Assembly: GCF_009834535.1 (NCBI RefSeq)
Contig: NC_045715.1
Coordinates: 20,708,001 to 20,772,000, forward strand
From: Camelus ferus
Taxonomy: Eukaryota
Reading direction: 5' to 3'
DNA: 64,000 nucleotides
Within the stretch, counting starts at the first letter, position 1. The number at the start of each line of letters is the position of its first letter. Positions 1 to 13,079 of this stretch are shown one piece after another. A program made the position numbers and the translations under genes. The notes under the pieces were generated by a model. That model did not search any database. It worked only from the letters and a program-made list of their open reading frames with translations, and had not been told where the DNA came from.

Positions 1-48
1 ACCTGGGTGTTCATCCCCAGCCCCCTCTCCTGCCCCGGGACTCCTTAC

Positions 49-3000
49 CTACACTCCAGGGGAATTCAGGCCCGTGTTCGGCCTGGTAGGAGCGGAGAAC
101 GGACAGGCACCAGTCCTCCTCCACCTCCCATCGGCTGTAAATCGAGGCTGGTTATGGAGAGAGAGGAGTGCCCATCAGCAACCTGGCCCTGCTAGGCCCC
201 CAACAAAGGCCTCAGTGGGTCCCCTCTCACCTTCCTCCAGCTGTGAGGAGGCCTCCAGCCACTGCCTCACCACTTGAAGACCCTCCTCTGCCATCACACG
301 GGGATACCTACAGAGGGAGCGCCAAGGCAGGAGGTCGGGACCCAGTTCTCTGCACTCCTTATCCCTGACCCTTCTCCCCGCCCTCCTTGCGCTGGTGACG
401 GCACACACATACACCCTGGCTCTCACCGATGCTGCAGGAGCTTCAGCAGGAGGTCATTGCCTCGGTTAGACATGATATCCTCAGGAACCCTGGAGGGTGA
501 GAAGAATGTACACTGGAGGGGCTGGAGGCTGGGGAGGGAGGGTCTGGACACCTGGGTTTCTGGAGGGCAGAGGGAGGAGGGACAACTTCCTAGCTGTCTC
601 TGGGATCCAGGAGGGCAGAGGTTCCCAGGCACTCACGTGGTGGTGATGATCTCATCCTTGGTTCTGCGGATCAGCAGCACAGGGCCCTGGTACCTTCAGA
701 GGACAGTGTAGTAGGGAGGGAGAGTTCAGAGGGAGACAGGTGACACTGCCACCCCACCCCTACACTGGCTGCATTCTTACCCCCTGCTACAGTAGGGCCC
801 CTTCACCCAGGCAAGCCCTTCACCCAGGGCTGAGAGTCTGAACACTTAAGAGTGGGCATTGCTCAAAGGCAGGCCTTGCTGGGAGATCCCTGCTATGCCA
901 GGTATGAACTGTTTGGTTACCAGATCATGGGAGGGTCCAGGATCCCAGGGAAGCTGGGAGGGGTTGGGTCTGCTGGGGTGATGGCAGGGTCACTCAGGGG
1001 ATGTGGGTCAGTGGCCTTTTGCCAGCTTGCACTTTACTACTAATTTCAGCATTTGAATACGCAGCACCATGTCTATGGTGGGGTGAGGCGGGGGAAAGGT
1101 GTTATATGCCGGACACTGGCCTGCCCTCACCTGCACAGCTGCTCCGCGTTGTTTAGATTGAGATGCTGCCTCACGGTCCTGGTCACCAGGCCCCCTAGAG
1201 TGAGATAAAAGTGAAGCGACAGCAGAGACAAAGCCCCTGCCCAACACAAAGGTCCCTACTGTTCATGGAGATAGAAAACTGAGGTCCCCAGACAGGGGAG
1301 TCCTCCTGCTTCTCAACAGGGTGACCTACTCCCCACCCACAGAAAGGGGAACCATCTCCAATTAGAACAGCTCCCAGTTCCAGCCCACCCCTTCCCTGCA
1401 CTCACTCCAGCTGTCTGGCATGACCTTCAAGGCCAAGGGCACCAGGTCATCAAAGGAGGCATCCAGGATCACGGCACTAATGTCTGGATAAGACATGGCT
1501 GCCCACGTAGCTGGTACCAGGACAGGGAAGAAGGGTGATGATCAAGGGGCTTCTGCCCACCACCCCCACCCTCATCCCACTGATCCTGTAGGCGGACCCC
1601 ATCCTCCCTACTAAGTTAGTCCCAGGTCTCTCCTTAACCCCTCACTTCAGTCAGCCAGGGCTCTGCCTGGAGAGGATGGAGAGAGAACAAAGTGCACTGA
1701 AGACAATACACACAGGAAACATTCACTTCCCTGACCTCCCCATCCCAGGACCCAGGTCTACTTCTTTTAATAACTGGGCACAAGGGTGGAAGGAAATATG
1801 AAGTGTATATGAATAGGATACCTTCCTCCAGACCCACTCAGAGATCCCAGTTCCATTCCTTTCTTTAAGCCTCCACCCCACTCCTGGGCCACCAGTGCGT
1901 TTCCCCACCTCTCCTGGGTTGTGGGGTAGCATGGAGATGGCATGAATGTGCCTGCGCTGTGGGGGTAGGAGAGAGGCCGTTACCGGTGAAGCCGCCAATG
2001 GACCAGGCATAGAGGATGATGTCCTGGGGATGGAAGCCCAGGCGGTGGATGGCAAACTGGACCACCACATCCACGGCATTGGCCTCATTCTGTGGGAACG
2101 GCACCCCCTGCAGGAAGAAGGGCAAAGGGTGCTGAGTGGGTCAGCACCAAAGGCTGGTTTGCCTGCCACCCCCACCCTTCCAGCATGGACCCTTCCTGCA
2201 GCTACCCTGCAACAGAGAAGATGGAACTGCAGCTCTGAACAGACATTTCAGAGTGCTACAGTCTTATTTCATGGAAGAATAAATCTGTAGTCTTATTTCA
2301 TGGAAGAATAAATTTCTGTCAGTGGCATTTAAAAAGAAGAAAAGAGTGGGGGAGAGTACAGCTCAGTGGTATAGTGTGTGCTTAGCACGCATGAGGTCCT
2401 GGGTTCAATCCCTCATACCTCCCTTAAAAATAAATAAATAAACATAATTACCTCCCCCTCCAAATAAAAATAAATGTAATGATAAAAAAAAAAATCAGTA
2501 AAAAGAGGGGGAAAATACCCTAAAAAAAAGAAAAGAATAGGGTGGTGGAAGGGGCTCTTCTCTCTAGAAACCAGTCATTTACAGCAAGGTCCTCCCTCCC
2601 CTGCTCCTGCCAATCCCTCAGTGTGAGAGAAGGGGGCTTGCAGCCCCTTGCTCTTGGCACCCAGGTCACAGTGAGTGGGAGACCCCATAGAAATATACAT
2701 GACTTTCCCTGACTCCAGGAGCTGACCAGAGGGAGACAGACCATCATTCAGGAAGAGGAAGGGATTCTAGAGAAGGTCTCACCGTGCTTCCAGCAAAGCC
2801 TGGATGATTCCAGCCCAGGACTGAATATCCAGCTGTAACACAGGGTATGGAAGGGCTGGAACTTTACTGCCCACGTCCACCCCCTGCCCCAGCTCTGGAA
2901 GAAGGAGCCACAGGACAATGGAGCCCTAAACAGCCCCCAACTCAGGCAAATAACTCCAAGCGTTCCCAGAATGGAGACATGACACCAAAGGTTCTGAGGC

Positions 3001-6000
3001 AGCAGAAGGGAGAGATACGTGATTGTTGGGGGCGGAACAGAACAAGGAGCATAATGAGGTTAGGGACACAGCCCAAGGGGAGGGATGTAAGTTTAGCAAA
3101 GCAAATCGGGAATGCACTTTGCCCCAAAGGCAAGGGTCTAAAACCTCTCCCAGAGAAAGTGGTTAGGCCCTGGGAAGCTGGGGACATTCCATTCCAAGGG
3201 GCAGAGATAAGAGGCCTGAGGCATGGGCCTACCTTCCAGAGGTGTGGAGACGCAGCCCACCTCATAGAAGCCCGCGTTCCCCTCACAGCAGATCACCTAC
3301 AGGGGGAGCAGGAAGGAGCCAAGTTGGAACCAAACATCCCCCTAGTGGCAGGGAGGGCAGCCTGTGGGAGCTTCCTAGGGAAGAGGAAAGCTCACGTTTC
3401 TTGTTCTCTCCAAGGGGAATGGAAACATCTCATTTCACAGGGTCCATGAAGTGAGAAGAAAAGTGCTTAGCAAGCTGAGCCCTCAGAGAAAGAAGAATGA
3501 TCTGAGTTGAGATGCTCAACCCCTCCAGCACAGTGTCGTTTTTCCTTGGAAGACCACCACCTGGATAGCTCTCAGGATGGGATTATGGATGTTTTTTCCC
3601 TTTCTGGTTTCTGGGCCCATTTTTTCTGTGACTGTTCTTTCATGTGGTATGCCAAGTGCTTTCCCTTTCCCTCCTGGGCTCCAGACTTGTGGCTAGATAT
3701 ACTCTACTGGTGCCCGAAGCCAGAGCCCAGATATGGTGGGACTTACGTAGACCCTCACAGCAGCTGGGCAGAGCCAGGACTAAAGCCCAGCTCCCTGTAC
3801 TGCTGGCTCAGTGCTCGTTCCAGGGCTGTGGCATGGATGCAGGAGACTTCGGAGCAAGGCTGCCTGGGTTCAAATCCCAGCTCTCCCACTCACTAACTGT
3901 GTGATCTGGGGAAGTTATTCTGTGCCTCAGTTTCATCTGTAAAATGGGCTAATATAAACGGTACCTACCTTACAGGGCTGCTGTGAGATCAAACATATGC
4001 CCTGCATGTGTACGTGCTGTCTCAGCAGCAACTGTTACGATGATGACTTTTTTGATCCTTGCGTGTCAGCTCCTACTTCTTCATCTATTTCCCTATCACA
4101 GGGATTTCCTGCACCAAGAGGTCTTTAGGGTGTAGCTGGGAGATGGGGTTATCCCCACTGTGCTTCCTTAGGGGCTGTAGAACTGAGATCCCCAGAACCC
4201 CCACTGCCCTCCCCACATTCTGCCTTTGCACTCCCTGCTCCCTCTCACCAGCTTCTGTCCCTGGGGCTCAGCTGTCCCCCGTCGGTCCACAAACATGGTG
4301 TCAATCTCGTTGCCGTCACAGGCCAGTAACTTTGCCCGGCGCCCGTTACACTGAGTGTGCGAGATGCAACAGCCAGGTTGGACGGGCAGGAGGCCACATC
4401 CCAGGTCAGGGAAGAAAGGCTGTGGAGGGGAAAGGGAAGGGGAGCCTTACCTCTTCTACCAGCCGGGCCTGGCCCTGCAGCAGCACAGGCATGAGGGCCT
4501 TCTGGAGCAGATACACTGAGCCAGGATACAGCATCCGGCGCCCCAGCGTGTGTGCCACCAGGTAGCTGTGGGGAACATGGGTCTAATGAACCCCCAACCC
4601 CAGTGGGGCCCTGGCACCATCCCAGCCCTAGCACTCACAGACTCTGGGGCCTGCCTCACCCTTGACCTTCACAGGTTCATTTTTCCCCTTTCAGGACTTA
4701 ATGAAACAATAATATATGTACCAACTTTTCAAACTTTTTCACGGCAACTTTTCAAAGATACTTTATATCATGGCCTGGTACATGCATATGCACATATAAT
4801 ACTGAAAGTTTTATGAGATAACACTTTCTATATACGATAAGTAAAAGCAAGGTAATTAACAATTATGATTCTGATAATATATAAATACAATTTATTAGAA
4901 GTCCCAAAATAGGCAATACTGATCACTGCGACATTCCCAATGTCTGCCATGTGGTAAGTGCTAAAAGCCTGGCACAGAGTAGGGGCTTAATAAATATTTC
5001 TTGAACAAATGTACTAATCTAGACACAAAAGATGTGGCAGGTGCTGTTCCTGAAAAAGACAGTTAAGCAGTTCCAGTTAATCCTGAAGTAGGATTTGTCC
5101 CCAGAACAACACTGTACAACCCCTTCCAACAGCCCCCTCAAAACCTCACACTTGGCTTGCCCCTCTGGTCAATCAGCACATGGTCAACAACCGACCACTA
5201 AGTCCACCCCTTCCTTGGTAGCCCACAACCCACCCCCCAGGCCCCAGCGACAGAATTCCCACAGTGCTGCTCCACTGTAAGATCCGGGTGGTCACTGGTG
5301 TTACTTCAGATGTCATCAGTGCCCACAACTACACTTTACTTGGGCCTCACCTCGTGCTCCCAGGCACCCAGGCAAGGTGGAAGCACTTCTGAATATGTTA
5401 CCTACTTAATCTCACCAACCCTGTGAGCAAGTTGTTCACGGAGACAGAAAATGTAGCTCCTTCGAGGAGGAATGACCAAGGAGCAGAGGGGCCAGGGTAG
5501 GGCCGCAGCTGCCACCAGACCCTGCTGCGCTAAGGCTATGGGTTCCCTCCCCACCTGCAACCTCATTCTTCCTTCTCAGCCTCCCTGAAACAGCTTCTGA
5601 GTCAGACACAACTGCCTTGTGTCCCAGCTCTTCACGCTCCTCCTGTGAGACTCTGGATATCTGACCCTCTTCTTTTCACACAGAAACGTGAATCAAAATT
5701 ACTCGGCTACAAATAATACGATGTATACAACATTCGGCTCAATAACTGACAGTTATCTAACAATGGAGCACCCAGTCCCAGAGCCTGCGCCCCATGCCCC
5801 TCCACCCCTGCCAGCCTCTGCTCCCTCTGCTCCCCACCTGGTGATCTGACAGGGCAGCTTCTTGACCCGGTCAAGGAGGGTGTCTGCCGTCCCCCGGTGC
5901 AGAGGCTCTGGGCGGAGCAGGGCCACGCCCCGGCAGGAAGGGCCCCCTTGGGACTCCTTCCTGAAGAATGGAAAGATGCAGGGGAAGACGGGGTCAGGAG

Positions 6001-9000
6001 CAGCAAGCTGGACGTCTGAGGTCTGATGGACAGTGGGGTCGAAGAATGAGGAGACGGCACTGGAAGGCAGGCACTGGAACCCAGAGAGGGTGGAGGTGGG
6101 GGACAGGTCAGAGTAGGGATGGAGCGAAAGAACTGGGGCCTCACCGGCTGCTGGGTTCTTCCCAGTGGAAGTCGACTGGCCAGCTTCTGAAGTCAAAGTT
6201 GTAGTTGGCAAGCTGCCTCTGTGGGAGGTCGAGAGAGAAGAGGGAGACCATGAAAAGGGGAGTAGGTGGAGGCCCACCTACCCACCCTCGACACTCGCAT
6301 CATCCAGGGGACTGGTCCCCACACATTGCAGGGAGACAAGCAGAGGTTGACACTCTCCGGTTCACAGATGGAAAGCTCTGCCAGGGCCAGAAAAATCAAG
6401 CAAGGGAGGGTTCCCTAGCAGACACACAGGCCAGCCTGTCTGCCCTTGTCTAGAAGCGAGACCCAACACTCTTTGCTTTTCTAAAATCTAAGACTGACTC
6501 ACCCCCAGAAAGGGTGGCTGGAGGTGCTGGTGCTTTGGAAGGAAGGGATGGGGGCTTGTTGGCTGGTAAGGCTCCCTTTCCCACCTGGGTCCTATACATG
6601 ATGCAATCCTGAAGGATCAACATGTCTGTCCCAAGGTGAGGAGGGAGGGAAGGGGAAAGTCACACCCACAGTAGCTCCTTTGCACCAGGCCACCACTTGA
6701 ATGAAGCCTCTCTGACTGTTCCATCCTCATGGCCACCTCCCTTCCCTCAACTCCTGCAGCCACGGGCCGTTGATGCCACCCAGACCATCTGTGCCTCTGT
6801 TCACCCCACTGAGTCAGCCCCCGTGCTTTTTGAGGGCAGCAAGAGCGGTGTCTTCCACTCTGCCGTATTCCTTCCCGCACCCCGAGAGCTCCCCTGCACT
6901 CTATTTTGAGAATAGTTTTTTTACTTTCTGTCACAGGAATTTTTTGACATTTTCAAAAATAGCTGGACTAAAAGAGAGCAATAGAAAAACTGTACAGAAA
7001 TGTAAATGGCAAAACAAAACAAAATGAAGAAAAGCCCATTTCAGGCAAGCTCTGTTCAGACCTGGACCCAAATGCTCTTAGTCACTTCCCTGCTCTGTGA
7101 CTCTGCTTGGGTCATGTAACCTCTTTTTGCCTCTGTTTCCTCAGACATATAAATAAGGGCAATAATGCCACCTTATGCGGTTGTGTGAGGACTAGAAATG
7201 GTGTATCCCAAATGCCTCAGCCGGCGGCATGGCAGAGCATCATTACACAGCTCCGTAAGTGGTGGTGTGGGGTGACCAGTAATATGATGACAGTGGTCAT
7301 AGCTGTTTGATCCCAGAAACCCCTTTGCTCCAGGAGAGAGCTTTATAAAGCCCCAAGGCCCCTTCTCAAAGATAATCACACTCCAGCAGTGGCAGGGCTG
7401 GAACAAGTCCAAGGACAGTCTGCCCTGGCTTTTGTCCCTCCTGGCGCCAGACAGTACTCCTGGGCGTGAGAATGGATATACCTGTCCATCTCGTCCTATC
7501 CCTCAACAAAACCAGCTCAGTGTTCAATGCACACAGCAAAAAATAAACAGACATTTACAGAATGGGCCGCTGTGATGAAGAGAAAACCCCTTTCTAAGAA
7601 ACACTGTGGAATGTTTCACATCTAGACAATTCTTGCAGGTGGAGGGTGGGGGATTGTTCTAGTGGAATATTTCATCAGAAGTGGGAGGGTGGAAAAATTC
7701 CTCGGGTGGACAGGTCACTTGTGGAGGGGAGAGGGGATCCAGTGACATGCAAGCAAAACACACCCCTGCACCCAACAGAAGCCGGACCAGTGCTCCGGGG
7801 AGGCAGCGGCACCTCTCACCTTGTTTTCCGCAGACTGGTCCCTATGTGTCGCCTCCAAGATGGTGATGAACTGCCGGTACTGGGGGTTGGTCCAGCGGCC
7901 GATGCCTGGTGGAGAGAGGATAGGAAACCATGTTAGGAAAACTGGGAAGCAAGATGAGTAGGTTTCAGGAAGAGAATTGGAGCTGGAGAAGACCCTGGAA
8001 GAAGAAGTGGGAGGAAAAGGAATAGAGGGCCCTGGAGCTGGGGAGATAGGAGACCTAAGCCAACTCCCTTTCTCCGTAATCCTCCGAAAGCATTCGTCCC
8101 CTAACTTCTCCTGTTTTTCTTTATAGACTATCGACCTTCTACCCTCCAGGACGTTCATTCTCCCCAGTCATAAAACACTGTCACACGCCCGCACGCTTCG
8201 CCCTTGCTAACATTGGGTCTCTCTTCTTTTCACTCCACCCATCCCTGATGCCACCCTTCCCTCTTTTCTGTATAGTCCAACTCCCTGTCATCTGGCTTCA
8301 CAGCTTTTGCTCTTGCCCCATAATTATGTCCTCGCTGAATCTGAGTCCCCTTCCTTGTCCTCATTCTCATTTAACTGTGCCACCCAGCACTCCTCCTGTC
8401 CCTGGGGATTCCTTTCTCTTCTGCTTCCTGGGTCCATCTTTGCCTCATTCAGTTCCTGGACTGCTCCTCTCCTGCCTCCCTTCTACGTCCCTCTCGGAAT
8501 CGAAAGCCATTCCTAACACTGGGCTCTTTTCTCTCCTCACTTGGCCCCTCAGCGATCGCACCTGCTCTCCCATGACTGCCAAGGAGTCTCAAACCCTGAC
8601 TTCTCTGCTCCCTCTGACCCGAAGGAGTCATGCCCCAGGCACTGCTCTGATGTGGGAGAAACAGCAGGAAACGAGCGAGACACACGGGTCCGGCCCTCAG
8701 AGAGCTGGCCTTTCTGTTGGGGGTGGGGTGGGGCTGGGGAAAGACAGTAAATGAGTAAACAGGAACATTTCAGAGAAGCGTAAGTGCTATAAAGAAAACA
8801 AAACCAGAATGAACTAGAATGCTATGTGTTATCAAGGGGAGAGCCCCCAAACAATACTGAGAATGAAACATGCTGCAGGATGATTCGGATAGAATGATGC
8901 CATTTGTGCTAAAAAGGTAAAATGCGCCCCCCCAAATGCTACATATTGTTTATACTCACCATGTCGCAGACTTTAAAATGCCTATTTTTTTCATATTTGA

Positions 9001-12000
9001 AAACTCTGAAATCAGTGTGTGTTTTACAATTTATAGCTGCTTAGATTTAATGGAATGAGGTATATATTGTGTAAAAGTAAAAAATATGGACCAGGAAGAA
9101 AACCTACACCAGATGACAGTGGCTACTTCTGGGGAAAGAGGAACGTGTGACTGGGGTTAGATTTAGGTGGGAATGTCAACTCTATCTGTAATGCTTTAGT
9201 ATTTTACTGACAAAACGTATTTGAAGCAATAGCACAAAACACAAACATTTTAGTTCTTTTTGGTATTTTGTTCTCTGGACTTCTCTGTACTGAATTTTTC
9301 CCCCAGATTAAAAAAATGAAGAGGAGTGGGATCTATTTTTAGGCAGGGTGATCAGGGAGGGCCTGTCTAAGGAGGGAGCCCAGCCCCATGGTGATCAGGA
9401 GACAGAACAAGCAGAAGGTCCTCACCTTGGGCTGGACCCACCTGTAGCCATCCAGCTCCTGACCCCACCACTCCCTTCTCAGGACCCCCCTCCCCCAGTT
9501 TTCATCATGTGCACCCACCAGAGGGCAATGATTTGGTTTGTCTCTCCATTTTTAAAATTGTGAGATAATAACATATGTACATAAAACATACATTCAGCTT
9601 AAAAGATACAAACATTCATGTACCAATCACCCAGGATGAGCAAGAGAACAAAGCCATCTCCCGCCAGGAGGCCTCCTTGGCCTGTTCCCTCCCCACTCCA
9701 GGTAAGCAGTCTCCTGAATTTCAAGATACCCATGCCTGTGATTTTCTTTAGTGTTTCACCACTTAGATCTGCATCCCTGTTGAACTTCATATAAATGGAA
9801 ACATACTGCATAAACTATTTGGTGGTCAGCATCTTTCACTCAGCATAACACCTCTGAGATCCATCTGTGTTGCTGAGTGTAACTCTACAGTCTGTGTGTC
9901 TACCTTGCTCTATGGCGTTCTGTTGCAGGACTATACCCCCTAATGTATTTATCCATTCTGCTATTCGGGGCCATGCAATCCAGTTAGGGTTATTACAAAC
10001 ATATATATGGATATATATGGAACTGTTGTAGGGTATATGCATCTTTTCTAGGTAACAGCAAATGTTTCTGCCAATTATTTGTTTCTATTTACGACTCAAG
10101 CCCTTTAAGGAAAAGATCATGCCTTGACCATTAATTACTCCCCCTCAGAGACCAGCACCAAATTATATTTGCAGAAGGTACTTAATGAATATTTACCCAG
10201 TGATGGTATGTCCAAACCAGATCCCTCTCCACCTACCTCGGAGGCAGGCCACTCCTGCCAGTAGTAGAAGCAATGTCCCAGCATAGTGAGAAAATGGCAC
10301 CACTTTGGACAAACTCAGGTAACCTGGATGGGAGAGGGATTATGTGAGACGCTTTCCCCCTTGACCCTCAGCTCCTTTCCCAGTTTGGTCCCAATCTCCA
10401 CCCCACACCCTCTTTGGGGGACAGCCACACCCTCAGAGGAAGAAGATGCCTGATGGAAGAGGGAAGCCAAGCCATCCTCACAGGTTCCCTTTCCCCTTTA
10501 GGAGATGGGCTCAGCTGCCAACAACCTGCCCATTTCCTGTCCCACCACCTTGGAAACCACACTGACCTTTCCTGTACAAGTAGAAGAAGGCGAAGGGAGA
10601 GGAGTAATAAGAGATGGACCAGAAGACTGAAGCCTGCAGCAGAGAGACAGGGACAAGCAATCAATACACTCACACACATGCACGCACACACAAGTCTGCC
10701 ATTTCCAGGCCTAGGCTCTGAGCAAAGTGGATAACCTGAAGGATAGTATCATATCAAGTACCTACTCTGTGCATGACACCATGCACACAGTAGGTGCTCA
10801 ATAATTTGTTGAAAAGCAGTGTGTCAGAGCATAACACAGGCTGGGAAAACTAGGTACAGCTTCTATTTTCTTCATCTAGTCATCTCCGGACATAATTTCA
10901 TCACATCTGAAGGCCAGTCTCTTTTTCTACTCAAGTCAATCAAGCCTCTTCAATCAGCTCTGCTCAGGACAGCCCCTGGCCTGGTCCCCAAGAGATGCAC
11001 AAACGTCACCACAGGAACCTTGCCAGAGACAACAGCTGTCTCTGCAGCCAAAGAGGTTAGTTGCCAGGGAGGACAGGTCACTGGGGACTGCAGGACCCAG
11101 CACCTGGGGATGGTTCCAAGAGTAAAGGGTTTCCTCGTGGCTCAGGCTGCCCCAGAGAAAGCAGTGCACATGCCAAAGGGGAGTACCAAGTATGCGCGTT
11201 TGAGAGCCGTCTATGTGTGTGTGTTGGAGATGTCTGCTGCAAAGCCCAGAGCATTCCCCACCCCCAGGGGCGCTGCCTTCTCCTAGGCTGGGGAGGAGGA
11301 AGTTCAGGAGGGCAACTGGCTCTGAAAAGATGCAGTAGTAGTCTCAGATGCCCGGGGCAGACATACCAGTGCCAGGATGCTGTCAGCATGTTTCTCGAGG
11401 GCACGGGGCTGATAGTACGTATCCTGCCAAAACAGATGGTGGAATTAAGGACCCCGCTCATTGACAAGTTCTCCCTCTTCCCTTTCAGAAGCCCTGATGT
11501 GTGTCCTTTGGTTCTAGCCCCCAAAGCCATCTCTCCTGGGACACCTCTGGCTCCCAAGGAAGCCTCCCTTCCCCATCACAACTGAAAGCCTGATTTCCCA
11601 CTCCAGACCATAGGAACAAACACGGGGGGCTGGACTTGGAAGGAAAAGTGAAAGCAACATTGGACGACTCTTGTTTTTTCACAACGCAGTTTTAAATGGG
11701 TTGTTTGCATATGGGAGAGGGGTTAGAGAAGGAAAAGACACCATGACAACTTTTAAAGGGAAAGAAGAGCCAGAAATAAGAGTGGGTTTTTGTTCGTTTG
11801 TTATTTAGGAGTAGGTGTGGCTGGAGGTGGGCAGTTTGCAGAGGACAGTAAACATAATTTGAGACTCCCGATAAAAAGGAAGACAACATTTACGGGCACA
11901 GCCTACCACCACCCCAGCTTTCAGGAACGCAGTGATCCTGGGGTCTCCAAGGTAGGCTGGGTGTGGGGTGAGGGGAGAGCGGATACACGATACGTTGAAG

Positions 12001-12481
12001 AAATCATTTTGAAATTCAAGGCCGGGGAGGATAAGCGGAACCGAGTGAGGCACTGAGTAAGAAGAAATGGAGAGCGTGATGGCAAAATCACCCAGCTCCG
12101 GAATCCGCGCAGGGTCTCTTCCAGGACTTTTAAGAGTCAATTGGGACCGGCAGGAACCACGACGGGTAGGGTGAGAGGCCGCGAGAGGAAAAAGGAGTGG
12201 TAGTCAGAATGAGAAAGCACTGGCAAACAGCGATAAAGCAGACGGCCAGTCCACAGGCGTGACTTTAACCCAGGAAGCACAAAGAGCGCAGACTTTGCGG
12301 ACAACTGGCTTGACAAGCAGGCTCCCCCTATTTCCAATAATGGGCGCTTCTGGGGATCAAAGGCCGCAAAGGGGTTTGGGCCATACTATGTTTTTAACCA
12401 GGGGAGAACTCGACTCACCCAGGAGCTGGAAGGGGGGGTAGTGACTGAAGTTGGAGTCCCAGGGACGCCGGACGGGGCCCT
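49..12481 (-). CDS. ABHD16A: Abhydrolase domain-containing 16A (phosphatidylserine lipase, BAT5), exons 1-18; exons 19-20 lie left of the window and the ATG lies in the N-gap
   Basis: Exons in transcript order: (gap)-12419 [visible 12419-12481 RAPSGVPGTPTSVTTPPSSSW], 11367-11423, 10567-10633, 10237-10323, 7820-7905, 6145-6218, 5838-5960, 4451-4565, 4249-4350, 3233-3296, 2783-2832, 1984-2107, 1406-1510, 1131-1194, 637-693, 427-489, 231-307, 49-147. All GT-AG with consistent phases. Peptides DTYYQPRALEKHADSILAL, VICCEGNAGFYEVG, nucleophile motif AWSIGG and TKDEII match ABHD16A. Confidence 0.97.
2260..2313. repeat. Tandem duplication, 25-bp identical core with period 29
   Basis: agtcttatttcatggaagaataaat at 2260-2284 and 2289-2313. 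Confidence 0.95.
2348..2494 (+). mobile_element. tRNA-derived SINE, camelid Vic-1-like
   Basis: GGGGAGAGTACAGCTCAGTGGTATAGTGTGTGCTTAGCACGCATGAGGTCCTGGGTTCAATCCC (A and B boxes) followed by (TAAA)n and an A-rich tail, in ABHD16A intron 11. Confidence 0.85.
3838..4005 (+). mobile_element. MIR SINE remnant
   Basis: MIR core motifs ctgggttcaaatcccagctct...ctgtgtgatctgggg...tgcctcagtttcatctgtaaaatggg...tacctaccttacagggctgctgtgag. Boundaries approximate. Confidence 0.75.
7050..7262 (+). mobile_element. MIR SINE remnant
   Basis: aacctctttttgcctctgtttcctc...ataatgccaccttatgcggttgtgtgaggactagaaatg resembles the MIR core. Boundaries approximate. Confidence 0.6.
9545..10085 (-). mobile_element. Ancient L1 (L1M-type) 3' fragment
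   Basis: ttcatataaatggaaacatactgca...ctttcactcagcataacacctctgagatccatctgtgttgctg is typical antisense L1M 3'-end text. Boundaries approximate. Confidence 0.6.
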
Positions 12482-12760
12482 NNNNNNNNNNNNNNNNNNN
12501 NNNNNNNNNNNNNNNNNNNNNNNNNNNNNNNNNNNNNNNNNNNNNNNNNNNNNNNNNNNNNNNNNNNNNNNNNNNNNNNNNNNNNNNNNNNNNNNNNNNN
12601 NNNNNNNNNNNNNNNNNNNNNGATGTTGCGTGCCCTTGACGTCAGCACGTACCGGCTCCGCCTCGTGCCGAGTCGAGACATTTTCAGCGCTTCCCGAACA
12701 GAGTTTCGCGCACTTGGAGCTACGGGTACAGCAATGGACAGAAATTAGTCGGAGGCGTTT
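12040..12760 (-). promoter_or_regulatory. CpG-rich ABHD16A promoter and first exon, with a full CRE TGACGTCA at 12637-12644
   Basis: High CpG density around exon 1 and a palindromic CRE just right of the gap. Confidence 0.7.
12482..12621. other. Assembly gap (140 N) covering the 5' part of ABHD16A exon 1, including the ATG
   Basis: Run of N. The open frame enters the gap at 12481, about 23 codons short of the expected start. Confidence 0.95.
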
Positions 12761-13079
12761 GGAATGCGAGGAGGTAGAGAATTATCAGACATAAGTAAAT
12801 CAGTTTTTTCTATCCCTTATTATTGGCAGACTCTCGAGTGACAGTGGGGACGAAGAGTAGGATCATGAGCATTTGACAAGAGCAACAAAAAAGGTGTCTA
12901 GGAATACATCTAATAAAAGATATGCAAGATTTTACCAAGAAAATTACAAAAGTTCTTGAAAGAGGTAAACGAAGCCTTGACTATGTGGAGAGCTACGCCG
13001 TGGTCATGGATAGGAAGATTTCGTATTGTTAAGATGTGTGAAATACTGTAAAAAAAAAAAAAAAAAGATGAATTATCGT

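Noticed and set aside
2348-2420. tRNA-like sequence with A and B boxes (also at 37310-37380 and 53525-53595)
   Set aside because: The acceptor and anticodon stems are degenerate and each copy has an A-rich SINE tail, so these are SINE heads and not tRNA genes.
2847-3449. 200-aa plus-strand ORF and similar antisense ORFs over ABHD16A, MSH5 and VWA7 (e.g. 61300-61947)
   Set aside because: They have no recognisable domain, lie antisense to real exons, and are the length expected by chance in GC-rich DNA.
5742-5756. Perfect 15-bp palindrome ATAACTG-A-CAGTTAT in ABHD16A intron 7
   Set aside because: It is short enough to occur by chance in 64 kb and nothing else supports it.
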